Assembly (NCBI GenBank): GCA_046318155.1 | Contig: JBKCUU010000059.1 | Coordinates: 1-46,424, forward strand | Source of the DNA: Bdellovibrio sp. | GTDB lineage: Bacteria > Bdellovibrionota > Bdellovibrionia > Bdellovibrionales > Bdellovibrionaceae | Direction: 5' to 3' | Length of the DNA: 46,424 nucleotides | Part shown: positions 32,641 through 44,846 of the stretch, piece by piece | Position numbering within the stretch: the stretch's first letter is position 1 | Layout of the letters: each line of letters starts with the position of its first letter | The notes under the pieces: generated by a model | Seen by the model: the letters and a program-made list of their open reading frames with translations, nothing else | Database searches by the model: none | What the model was told of the DNA's origin: nothing | Program-made: the position numbers and the translations under genes

Positions 32641-33750
32641 ATGAAAATTGAAATTGAGAAAAAAGATCTGATGGGTCTGATCAGCAAGACTCAGAACATT
32701 GTGGAAAAACGAAACACGATGCCCATTCTGGTCAATGTTCTTTTGCAAGCCGAAGGAACAGCACTGACGGTTTTTGCAACAGATCTCGAAGTAAGTTTGA
32801 CGGACAGCGCGAAATGTAAAGTGCTTCAACCAGGAAAGGTTGCGGTCAGCGCAAAAAGCTTGTTTGATATTTCGAAAGAACTTTCGGAAGGCTTGATTCA
32901 ATTTGTGAAAAAAGAAAACAACTGGCTTGAAATTAAGCAAGGTAAATACACCTCAAAAATTGTCGGCATTAGCGCCGAAGAGTATCCCGTTTTCCCCACC
33001 TACACAGGGCAAGGTTTTCTTAAAATCCCAGCTGAAACGCTCAAAGACATGATCGATAAAACAATTTACTCGGTCTCAAGTGACGAAACTCGTTATCACC
33101 TCAATGGTGTTTATTTCGAACAAAAGGGCGATGCTGGTTATTCGATGGTTGCGACCGACGGTCACCGACTTTGTATGATTAATAAAAAATTTCCTGCCGA
33201 GCAGCTGTTGTCTTCGGGACAAGGTGTGATCATTCCGCGAAAAGGTCTTTCAGAAATTAAAAAGCTTCTAGAGTCTGTGGGTGGTGATTTTGAAATTGCA
33301 ATCGAAGGTTCGCAGTTGATTGTTCGGACTCATACAACCACGCTGATGATTCGTTTGATCGAGGGAAAGTACCCCAACTATTCACAATTCATTCCGTCAA
33401 AGTTGAAACAAAAAATCCGAATTAATCGCGAGTCGTTTTTGACTTCCCTCAAGCGTGTTGCTTTATTGGCAAATCAAAAATCAAAGGCCGTTACTCTCAC
33501 GCTCACCAACAACAGAATGGAAATTTCTTCAACCAATCCTGAACTCGGGGATGCGAAAGAAGAAATCGAAGTTGGTTACGATGGCGTTGATATGAAAATT
33601 GGTTTTAATGCCAAATACATCCAGGACATCTTGACCGCAATTTCTGACGATGAAGTCGATTTTGAAGTTAACGATCAACTCTCACCTGGTCTTATGCGAC
33701 CCCATAACGACCCGAACTACACTTGCGTTGTTATGCCGATGCGAATTTGA
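32641..33750 (+). CDS. dnaN: DNA polymerase III beta sliding clamp
   Basis: ATDLE, VATDGHRL, RLIEGKYPNY and VVMPMRI. Confidence 0.98.
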   Translation: MKIEIEKKDLMGLISKTQNIVEKRNTMPILVNVLLQAEGTALTVFATDLEVSLTDSAKCKVLQPGKVAVSAKSLFDISKELSEGLIQFVKKENNWLEIKQGKYTSKIVGISAEEYPVFPTYTGQGFLKIPAETLKDMIDKTIYSVSSDETRYHLNGVYFEQKGDAGYSMVATDGHRLCMINKKFPAEQLLSSGQGVIIPRKGLSEIKKLLESVGGDFEIAIEGSQLIVRTHTTTLMIRLIEGKYPNYSQFIPSKLKQKIRINRESFLTSLKRVALLANQKSKAVTLTLTNNRMEISSTNPELGDAKEEIEVGYDGVDMKIGFNAKYIQDILTAISDDEVDFEVNDQLSPGLMRPHNDPNYTCVVMPMRI

Positions 33751-33763
33751 TCGCGGGCTAAAA

Positions 33764-37305
<3,542 letters not shown>

Positions 37306-37316
37306 GGGCGTAAAAA

Positions 37317-39800
37317 ATGGATCAGAACTCAAATTCTCCTAAGGGAGTCACGGTCGTCGATATCAATAAAGAAATGCGCGAAGCGTATTTGCAGTATTCG
37401 ATGTCCGTTATCGTGGGCCGTGCTCTCCCAGACGTTCGCGACGGATTAAAACCGGTTCATCGCCGAGTGCTGTTCGCTCAATATGAGCTGAGCAATACGC
37501 ACGATAAACCTTACAAAAAATCAGCCCGTGTTGTGGGCGACGTGATCGGTAAGTACCATCCTCACGGTGATAGCGCCGTCTATGAAACCATGGTTCGCAT
37601 GGCTCAGGACTTCTCGCTCCGCTACCCCTTGATCGATGGTCAAGGGAATTTTGGTTCGATTGACGGAGATTCGGCAGCGGCTTCTCGCTATACCGAAGTT
37701 CGAATGACCCGTTTAGCCGAAGAGCTTTTGACCGATATCGATAAAGAGACCATCCCGTTTGGACCGAACTACGATGACTCTCTTGAGATCCCACTGGTTT
37801 TGCCAGCGAAATTTCCGAATCTACTAGTCAACGGATCTGCGGGAATTGCCGTTGGTATGGCGACCAATATTCCTCCGCACAATTTGGGCGAAGTCATCGA
37901 TGGTTGTATTCATTTGATCGCCAATCCTGATTGTACGATTGATGATTTGATGCAAAAAATTCCAGGTCCTGATTTTCCCACAGCGGGCGTCATTGCCGGA
38001 ACCTCGGGTCTTCACCAAGCCTACAAAAAAGGAAAGGGAATTATCACTCTTAAAGCCGTCGCTGATATTGAAACTAAAAAAGACGGCCGCGAAGAAATTA
38101 TCGTCAGTGAAATACCTTACCAAGTCAACAAGGCCAAACTGATCGAAAGCATTGCTGATCTGGTTCGTGACAAGCAGGTTGAAGGGATCTCTGATATTCG
38201 TGACGAATCTTCGCGCGAAGGGATGCGTATCGTTATTCTCATCAAGAAAGGTGAGAACGCTTCGGTGATTTTGAACCGACTTTACAAGTTTACACAGCTT
38301 CAAGTGAGCTTCGGAATTATCATGCTTGCTTTAGATGCTAAAAATCAGCCTGTCGTTTTTGACCTCAAAAACATGCTTCAGGCCTTTGTTGAACATCGCC
38401 GCGATGTCGTGATCAAACGCTGCATTTTTGATCTTAAGAAAGCACAAGAAAAAGCGCACATTCTCGAAGGCTTAAAAAAGGCCCTTGATAACATCGACGC
38501 GGTCATCGCAACGATCAAAGCGTCTAAAGAAGCCAAAGAGGCGCTTGGCAACTTGATTTCAAAATTCTCGTTCTCTGAGCGCCAAGCTCAGGCCATTCTT
38601 GAAATGCGCCTTCAGCGCTTAACAGGACTCGAGCGTGAGAAGATCGAAGCGGAACTTGCCGAGCTTATGAAAACAATCGACTGGCTCAAGTTCGTGTTGG
38701 CTGATGTTAAAGAAATTTACAAAATCATCGTGGCCGAACTTGAAGACATTCGTAAACGCTACGGCGATAAGCGTCGATCGCGCATCGAAGGCGATACGAG
38801 TGAAATCGAAGATGAAGATTTGATCGCTGAAGAATCTGTCGTCGTGACAATCACGAACACGGGCTACATTAAACGTATTCCGATTGATGAATACCGAACG
38901 CAAAAACGTGGCGGTAAAGGATTGAAAGGTATGGAAACTCGCGAAGAGGATTACGTGACCGATATCTTTACATCGAGCACAAAAACGACACTCTTGATAT
39001 TTACTGACAAAGGTAAGGTCTACTGGTGCAAAGTTCACCGATTGCCTTTGGGTAATCGAACCTCAAAAGGTAAAGCGATTGCGAATGTCGTTCAGTTGCA
39101 AAACAACGAGAAGGTCATGGCCGTCTTGCCGGTAGAGGAATTTGTCGAGAGCAAATACGTGGTTATGCTGACCAAGCAGGGAATCATCAAGAAAACAGCC
39201 TTAGATGCATTCTCGAATCCCCGCCAAGCCGGCATTATCGCTCTGACGACGGATCTTGAAGATAACGTCATCGACGCGAAGATCTCAGACGGGCAAAGCG
39301 ACATTTTCATCGCGACTCGTGAAGGGATGTCGATCCGTTTTAACGAAGGTGATGTTAGACCGATGGGTCGATCTGCTCGCGGTGTCAAAGGTATTACATT
39401 GGCAAAATCTGACGTTGTGACGGGCCTTGAGGTCATCGAAAAGGGGTCGAAAGACACTCTTTTGATGGTAACTGAAATGGGCTACGGCAAACGCTCTGAA
39501 CTTGAAGAGTACCGAGTGCAAGGCCGCGGCGGTGTTGGAATTATCACGCAAAAAACCACCGATAAGGTGGGAATGGTGGTTGGAACTCGAAGAGTTCAGA
39601 ACAACCAAGAGCTCATTTTGACGACCGATAGTGGTCAGAATATTCGAATGAAAATTTCAGACATTTCTGTTTTGGGCCGAAACACCCAAGGTGTACGGCT
39701 GATCAATTTGGATGAAAAGAAAGAACTCGTAACGGGTTTTGCGGTTGTAGATGATGAAGAGCACTCAGCTCATTTCGCGGACCCGACAAATCCTCAATAG
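37317..39800 (+). CDS. gyrA: DNA gyrase subunit A
   Basis: [19 protein letters not shown] catalytic Tyr and GyrA-box QKRGGKG. Confidence 0.98.
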   Translation: MDQNSNSPKGVTVVDINKEMREAYLQYSMSVIVGRALPDVRDGLKPVHRRVLFAQYELSNTHDKPYKKSARVVGDVIGKYHPHGDSAVYETMVRMAQDFSLRYPLIDGQGNFGSIDGDSAAASRYTEVRMTRLAEELLTDIDKETIPFGPNYDDSLEIPLVLPAKFPNLLVNGSAGIAVGMATNIPPHNLGEVIDGCIHLIANPDCTIDDLMQKIPGPDFPTAGVIAGTSGLHQAYKKGKGIITLKAVADIETKKDGREEIIVSEIPYQVNKAKLIESIADLVRDKQVEGISDIRDESSREGMRIVILIKKGENASVILNRLYKFTQLQVSFGIIMLALDAKNQPVVFDLKNMLQAFVEHRRDVVIKRCIFDLKKAQEKAHILEGLKKALDNIDAVIATIKASKEAKEALGNLISKFSFSERQAQAILEMRLQRLTGLEREKIEAELAELMKTIDWLKFVLADVKEIYKIIVAELEDIRKRYGDKRRSRIEGDTSEIEDEDLIAEESVVVTITNTGYIKRIPIDEYRTQKRGGKGLKGMETREEDYVTDIFTSSTKTTLLIFTDKGKVYWCKVHRLPLGNRTSKGKAIANVVQLQNNEKVMAVLPVEEFVESKYVVMLTKQGIIKKTALDAFSNPRQAGIIALTTDLEDNVIDAKISDGQSDIFIATREGMSIRFNEGDVRPMGRSARGVKGITLAKSDVVTGLEVIEKGSKDTLLMVTEMGYGKRSELEEYRVQGRGGVGIITQKTTDKVGMVVGTRRVQNNQELILTTDSGQNIRMKISDISVLGRNTQGVRLINLDEKKELVTGFAVVDDEEHSAHFADPTNPQ

Positions 39801-39801
39801 G

Positions 39802-40602
39802 ATGACAAGGCTCGCCTCAGTACTGATTTTTTCGGCAACACTTATGGGTTGCGGATCAAGTCTTGAACGCGAGTACAAAAATGGAGTCGAATCTTCCAAG
39901 AAGGGCCAGTATACACTGGCCCTTTCTTCGTTTGATAAGGTTATCGCAAGAGAGCCAGATTCAAAGATTGGCCTTGAAGCGGCAAGGGAATCTGCGCGCA
40001 TTGCCTTTTTTGAACTGAAAGACTTTTTAAGAGCTGCAAAGTACTACGAAATCATTGTTCTGAACTCATCCGATGAGTCCGAGCGTCTGCGGGCCCAAAA
40101 GCAGGTCACGGCCGTCTACTTTGATCATCTTAACAACTATGAGCGTGCGATTGTCGAAGTGAACAAGTTACTTCCACTGATTAGGGATCCGAGTGAGCGT
40201 CTTAAGTACAAGATGGACGTCTCTAGGGCCTATTATTATCAGAATAATTTTTTTCAGGCAGAGATGGAAGTTGATGAATTTCTTCGACTTTCAAAAAACG
40301 AAGACCAAAATTTTCAGATGCAATTGCTCAAGGCTAACATTGTTCTGGCACGCAAGGACCTTTCACGTGCGGCCGAAATCTTAAAAGACATGATTAGATC
40401 TAATCCGAAAAAGGCACAAAAAGAGAACGTCGGACTAACCCTGGCCGTCGCTTACGAAGAAATGAAAGACTATAAAAAAGCGATCGAAACCCTGCAAGAA
40501 ATTCGAGTGGATCATGCCATGCCAGACTATATCGATGTGCGCATCAAGCGCCTGCAGGAGCGGGTCAAAAACCAACCCGGAGCTCGAGGATTTAGAAAAT
40601 GA
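39802..40602 (+). CDS. Tetratricopeptide-repeat lipoprotein
   Basis: Lipobox LMG-C after a hydrophobic stretch, then TPR-like helical repeats; starts 1 nt after the gyrA stop. Confidence 0.8.
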   Translation: MTRLASVLIFSATLMGCGSSLEREYKNGVESSKKGQYTLALSSFDKVIAREPDSKIGLEAARESARIAFFELKDFLRAAKYYEIIVLNSSDESERLRAQKQVTAVYFDHLNNYERAIVEVNKLLPLIRDPSERLKYKMDVSRAYYYQNNFFQAEMEVDEFLRLSKNEDQNFQMQLLKANIVLARKDLSRAAEILKDMIRSNPKKAQKENVGLTLAVAYEEMKDYKKAIETLQEIRVDHAMPDYIDVRIKRLQERVKNQPGARGFRK

Positions 40603-40823
40603 AGCCAAGTCGCTATCTTGTTTTTGCTTCCATGGGGCTTGAGCTTGTCGGTCTTGTGATTGGTTGCTTGTACATCGGACAAGTCCTGGACGAAAAGTTT
40701 GGCACGAAGGGTTTGATGGTCATCTTTTTCTCGGTCGCCAGCCTCGTAGGGTGGTTCATCCATCTTGTTTTTCTTCTGAAGCGTATTGAGAAGCTTGCGG
40801 AAAAGGACAAAACCTCTTTTTGA
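40599..40823 (+). CDS. atpZ: AtpZ/AtpI(gene 1)-family small membrane protein
   Basis: Two TM segments with the G.ELV....IG..LD.KFGT signature; ATGA overlap with the TPR gene. Confidence 0.8.
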   Translation: MKPSRYLVFASMGLELVGLVIGCLYIGQVLDEKFGTKGLMVIFFSVASLVGWFIHLVFLLKRIEKLAEKDKTSF

Positions 40824-40885
40824 GAACTGTTCGTGGTTTTTAACAGAATAAGAGTGGGTTCTTGATCGAACGAACGCGGTCCAGG

Positions 40886-41755
40886 CTACCCAAAAAAGGA
40901 TCTTAAGCGCGCCGTTTTCTCGGAGCCGTTTCGACCAATCGCAAACGTTGAAAATTTGAGATCTTTGAATTCGTGGTGAATCTTAAAGTCGCCCTCTTGG
41001 GCCGCAGTTTTAATGAAGGCCATTGGGATTAAGCCTTTTGAGCCAGGTGTCGTCATCAAAAAATCTTTTAAAGTGTGGGCGCAAGTCACTTCTTGGGTGG
41101 CCAAGGGCTGATCTTGTTTGGCCAGCCATTTTGCGACTGAAGACTGTTTCAAAAGCGAGGCACTCAAGACAAAAAAGGGGGTTTTTTCAAGAGTCCCCAA
41201 ATCCCCTTTTCTTGAGTGCCGCCGTTTGAAACTCTCGGCAACGGTCAGTGCAGAACTCTGGAGTTCTCGAATCATCAGCTTTCGTTCGGTGTTTTGGGAG
41301 GGGCGAGTGTTGCTATAAACAACATCAAGCTTCCGTTCGAGCAGCTGTGGGATAAGCTCATTGAGCGATCCCGATTCGATCTTAAAAGAGTCCCGGCTGG
41401 CGCGCCACCGAGGCTGAAGAACTTTTTGAATAGAGTCGACCGGGAAATCCCAAGTCAAACCCAGCCGAATTAAATCTTGTGAGGGACTCTCAGTACCAGA
41501 GAGCGCTCGTACAAGGCTTTCACCACCTGAAAAAATATCATCGCAATAGTTTTTAGCCACCACACCCTCAGGCGTGAGCTCAAACGATTTTGGACTGCGA
41601 TCGATCAGCCTCTTCCCAAGATTTTTCTCGAGCGACTGAATTTGCAAGCTAATGGCGGATTGAGACATCTCAAGCCTCTTTGAGGCTTTTGAAAAACCGC
41701 GCTCATTCGCGGCCGTCCAAAAGTAGTAAAGATGCAAGTAGTTCAGGTCCGTCAT
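40886..41755 (-). CDS. LysR-family transcriptional regulator with NhaR-like HTH
   Basis: LNYLHLYYFW...FSKASKRLEMSQSAISLQIQSLE..LG..LIDR...ELTPEG; divergent effector domain. Confidence 0.88.
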   Translation of the reverse strand: MTDLNYLHLYYFWTAANERGFSKASKRLEMSQSAISLQIQSLEKNLGKRLIDRSPKSFELTPEGVVAKNYCDDIFSGGESLVRALSGTESPSQDLIRLGLTWDFPVDSIQKVLQPRWRASRDSFKIESGSLNELIPQLLERKLDVVYSNTRPSQNTERKLMIRELQSSALTVAESFKRRHSRKGDLGTLEKTPFFVLSASLLKQSSVAKWLAKQDQPLATQEVTCAHTLKDFLMTTPGSKGLIPMAFIKTAAQEGDFKIHHEFKDLKFSTFAIGRNGSEKTARLRSFFG

Positions 41756-41810
41756 AGATTAATAATTTAAATTATAAATATTAAATGCAACAACTATTTA
41801 TTAAATAAAT

Positions 41811-41878
41811 CTGTACACAATGGCCACAGACTTATCCACAACATTTTGTGTGGATAAGCCTGAGGACAGGGTGGAAGA
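41811..41878. promoter_or_regulatory. Second DnaA-box cluster (outside oriC)
   Basis: Perfect TTATCCACA (41832) and TGTGGATAA (41849) as an inverted pair, plus four degenerate boxes placed symmetrically. Confidence 0.8.
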
Positions 41879-42050
41879 GTTCTTAAAATTGAAGTCGAAC
41901 GATTTTTCTGGGCAAGCATCGGCGCTCAGCCGCTCCGGAATACGGGGATGGGTATTATGTGAATCTGAAATTGGACAAAAAGAGAAGAGCTCTAAGGGCT
42001 AAGCTCGATTCTGGATTGCTTGGCTACGTCGCATGTGAGATGACCCGGCC

Positions 42051-42401
42051 ATGAAAAACTTTTTTCTGATTCAGCTCGGGCTCCTGGTTGTGGGAGCAGC
42101 CCTCGCAGGCTGGCTTGTGAGCTGGGACGCTGCGCTATCCTATGGAATTGGCTGTCTTTTTGTCTTTGCGAGCGCCGGATTGTCGGCCTGGCTTTGGGGG
42201 CGGCTGATCGCTAAAAAACTCGTTGCGGTCGCCCTTCTCATCATTGTATTTAAATATGCGATTTTCGGGATCATTCTGTACAAAATCTTGCTCACCAGCT
42301 GGGTTCAACCTTTGTGGTTTTCAGCTGGGATCGGGAATATCGTACTCGCCGCATTGCTTGCGGCACTGACAACCGACGACGACCAAAAAATGGAGAACTG
42401 A
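42051..42401 (+). CDS. atpI: ATP synthase protein I (4-TM)
   Basis: 116-aa protein with four TM segments immediately upstream of atpB. Confidence 0.72.
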   Translation: MKNFFLIQLGLLVVGAALAGWLVSWDAALSYGIGCLFVFASAGLSAWLWGRLIAKKLVAVALLIIVFKYAIFGIILYKILLTSWVQPLWFSAGIGNIVLAALLAALTTDDDQKMEN

Positions 42402-42402
42402 C

Positions 42403-43089
42403 ATGTCATTTAGCCTAACTTCACTCATCCCAGGTGTTGGCCATGAGTATGCGCACGTCGCAACAGCGGGTATTGTTACGGTGGGGTTGGTCACTGCCGC
42501 ACTTGTTGGAAGAGCTCAGCTCGGCACCGGCGAGGTTGCGGTCGTTCCCGCATCAAAGTTTTCTCTCCGCGGGTTTTTTGAGTTTGTGACTGAGTTTATC
42601 CAAGGCCTGGTCGACATGGTGATGGGAGAGCAGGGCCGCAAGTTTCTCCCTCTTTTTGCATCAGTTTTTACGTTTGTTTTGATTAACAATCTTGTTGGCG
42701 TTGTTCCTGGAATGACTCCGGCTACCGAAAATCTAAACACAACTCTCGCGATGGGTTTGTTTATCTTTTTATACTACAACTACTTCGGTTTTAAAGAAAA
42801 CGGAGTGGGTTATCTCAAGCACTTTTTGGGGCCCGTTCTGTGGTTAGGTCCCTTGATGCTTGTCATTGAACTCATTTCTCATTTTGTTCGACCTGTTTCT
42901 TTGGGTCTTCGTTTGGCGAACGTGATGCGGGGTGATCATACCGTTGTCGGAATTTTCTTGGATCTCGTTCCCATCGCACTACCCATTCCCTTTTATCTGC
43001 TTGGAATTTTTGTCTGCTTTGTACAGGCCTTTGTCTTTACTTTGCTTTCGATGGTTTACGTCGCCATGGCAACGGCTCACGACCACTAA
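42403..43089 (+). CDS. atpB: ATP synthase Fo subunit a
   Basis: NNLVGVVPG, ELISHFVRPVSLGLRL (essential Arg) and VQAFVFTLL..VY. Confidence 0.96.
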   Translation: MSFSLTSLIPGVGHEYAHVATAGIVTVGLVTAALVGRAQLGTGEVAVVPASKFSLRGFFEFVTEFIQGLVDMVMGEQGRKFLPLFASVFTFVLINNLVGVVPGMTPATENLNTTLAMGLFIFLYYNYFGFKENGVGYLKHFLGPVLWLGPLMLVIELISHFVRPVSLGLRLANVMRGDHTVVGIFLDLVPIALPIPFYLLGIFVCFVQAFVFTLLSMVYVAMATAHDH

Positions 43090-43170
43090 TTTTTAAGAAA
43101 CAATGCACTTGAGAGAACAAGTGCTTACAAACGCTAACCCCACGCGGTTGGCACAACTGGAGGAGATCCT

Positions 43171-43479
43171 ATGAAAAAGTATTTGGTTTTAGCAGCAGCT
43201 TTGCTGGCATCGAACGCAGCTTTGGCACAAGATGCAGCTGCAAGCATGTCTATCAACGGCGGACTTGCTGCACTTGCGGCGGGCTTAGCAATCGGAATCG
43301 CAGCTTTTGGTGGCGCGATTGCACAAGCCAAAACTGCAGCGGCAGCCTTGGACGGTATTGCTCGCAACCCCGCAGCTCAAGGTAAAATCTTTACTCCCAT
43401 GATCATCGGTTTGGCTCTTATCGAGTCACTTGTGATCTACGCATTCGTTATTGCGTTCTTCCTTCAAGGAAAAATGTAA
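43171..43479 (+). CDS. atpE: ATP synthase Fo subunit c with N-terminal signal-like extension
   Basis: ARNP loop and [10 protein letters not shown] carboxylate; GGAGGAG RBS. Confidence 0.96.
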   Translation: MKKYLVLAAALLASNAALAQDAAASMSINGGLAALAAGLAIGIAAFGGAIAQAKTAAAALDGIARNPAAQGKIFTPMIIGLALIESLVIYAFVIAFFLQGKM

Positions 43480-43480
43480 T

Positions 43481-43501
43481 TCCGAAGCTTTCGGGTTTTT
43501 T
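43481..43501 (+). terminator. Weak terminator-like hairpin directly after atpE
   Basis: TCCGAA-GCT-TTCGGG followed by T6. Confidence 0.5.
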
Positions 43502-43535
43502 CAGAATCGAAAGACTCAAAAGAAATGCCGAAACG

Positions 43536-43566
43536 AAAAAGGGAGCCAAGTGGCTCCCTTTTTTTT
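43536..43566. terminator. Bidirectional Rho-independent terminator between atpE and tolC-like gene
   Basis: A5-GGGAGCC-AAGT-GGCTCCC-T8. Confidence 0.9.
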
Positions 43567-43613
43567 GAATGATAAATAGGTTCGAAATCAGGGCGATCTA
43601 AGCTCCTGTTTAA

Positions 43614-44846
43614 CTAGTAGCAACGGCTGGCGCGCTCTTCGGCGGCCAAGCAAGTCTCGAGCAAAACCAAGTGGTAATCTCGCATCGTGGTAAAGGCGAG
43701 AGACTCAGATTCAAACACTCTTGCCTGATCCAAAAGTAAATCATTGACCGTGGCTCGGCCCGCTTGAAAGCGGCGGATGCTTTCTGAAGCCAGTGATCTT
43801 GCTCGCTCGGCAGACTCTCGTGCCAGCATCGCATTTTGGTAAAGCTCTGAGCGGCGCTCCTGCAAGGTTTGAAGTTTGGCTGTCTCAGAAAGTTCAAAAG
43901 ACTTTAAATCGGCGGCAGCCGCACGTCTCAGGTCACTCCAATAGTTTCGAGAGGCTATGGAGTTGCCTTGCTCCCAAAACGGAATGGTAAGGACAAGTTG
44001 GCTGGTCCAATCGCCACTCTCGAGGGGCGAAATTTGGTTCGATACCCAGGAGGAGGTCAGATCCAGGCGTGGGGCCCAATCAGTGCCAGCCTGATATGAT
44101 TTTGAATCACGGATTTGAACCTCAAGATCTCGCACTTTAAAAACCATGCGGTCTCTTAAGTTTTTTTCGTTTCGCTTTGTTTTGAGATCAACCTTTTCCC
44201 AGGGCCAGTCTCGAACCATCGTCAGGCCGGGTAAAACACCATCCAGCTGAGATCTCAAATCTAGGAGTTGAACTTGGGCCTGTCTGATCTGAATTTCGGA
44301 GTTGGTAAAATCAAGCCGGACCTTTTCAACTTCTTGAGCGGGCAATTGTCCCATTTTGTATCGGTTTTGCGCTACTCGTGAAAGCTCACGCTTGCGTTCA
44401 TTGAGTGAGCGCTGACTCTCGAGTCGCTTTTGTACTTCAAGCCATTGAAAAATCAATGTTGCGGCTTCGGCCTCAAGCGTGATCGGAGCTAGTTTAAAGT
44501 TGAGGTCCGCCTGCTCGCGCGTGCGTGAACTCTCTTTAAGCGCTGAGAGGTCGCCGCCAAAACGGAATAAGTTCAGCTTTGCCTGAAGCGCCGCCGTCTC
44601 TCCGCTATCGAGGCCCCACTCCTTAATTCCTTGCGAAGCGGTTCCAACAACAGTGGGGGACCAGGTTAAATACTTTGAAAGTGCAAAAGACTTTGAACTG
44701 AGTGCCTCAAACTGACGAGCATGCAGCTTGGGACTTTCGTTTCCAACTTTTTCTAAAACTTCCCGAAAGGACGTTAATGCCAAGGGCGAGGCCAAACCAG
44801 CGCTCGAGAACAAAGCGAAGATCAAAAATGAAAAAAAACTTTTCAT
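43614..44846 (-). CDS. TolC-family outer membrane efflux protein
   Basis: Signal peptide MKSFFSFLIFALFSSAGLA; two repeats with RY..G / RFQAG.AT..DLL; ATGA overlap with the RND gene. Confidence 0.85.
   Translation of the reverse strand: MKSFFSFLIFALFSSAGLASPLALTSFREVLEKVGNESPKLHARQFEALSSKSFALSKYLTWSPTVVGTASQGIKEWGLDSGETAALQAKLNLFRFGGDLSALKESSRTREQADLNFKLAPITLEAEAATLIFQWLEVQKRLESQRSLNERKRELSRVAQNRYKMGQLPAQEVEKVRLDFTNSEIQIRQAQVQLLDLRSQLDGVLPGLTMVRDWPWEKVDLKTKRNEKNLRDRMVFKVRDLEVQIRDSKSYQAGTDWAPRLDLTSSWVSNQISPLESGDWTSQLVLTIPFWEQGNSIASRNYWSDLRRAAAADLKSFELSETAKLQTLQERRSELYQNAMLARESAERARSLASESIRRFQAGRATVNDLLLDQARVFESESLAFTTMRDYHLVLLETCLAAEERASRCY

Noticed and set aside
41820..42002. 60-aa ORF across the DnaA-box array
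   Set aside because: No RBS and no protein-like features; the sequence is explained by the DNA motifs.
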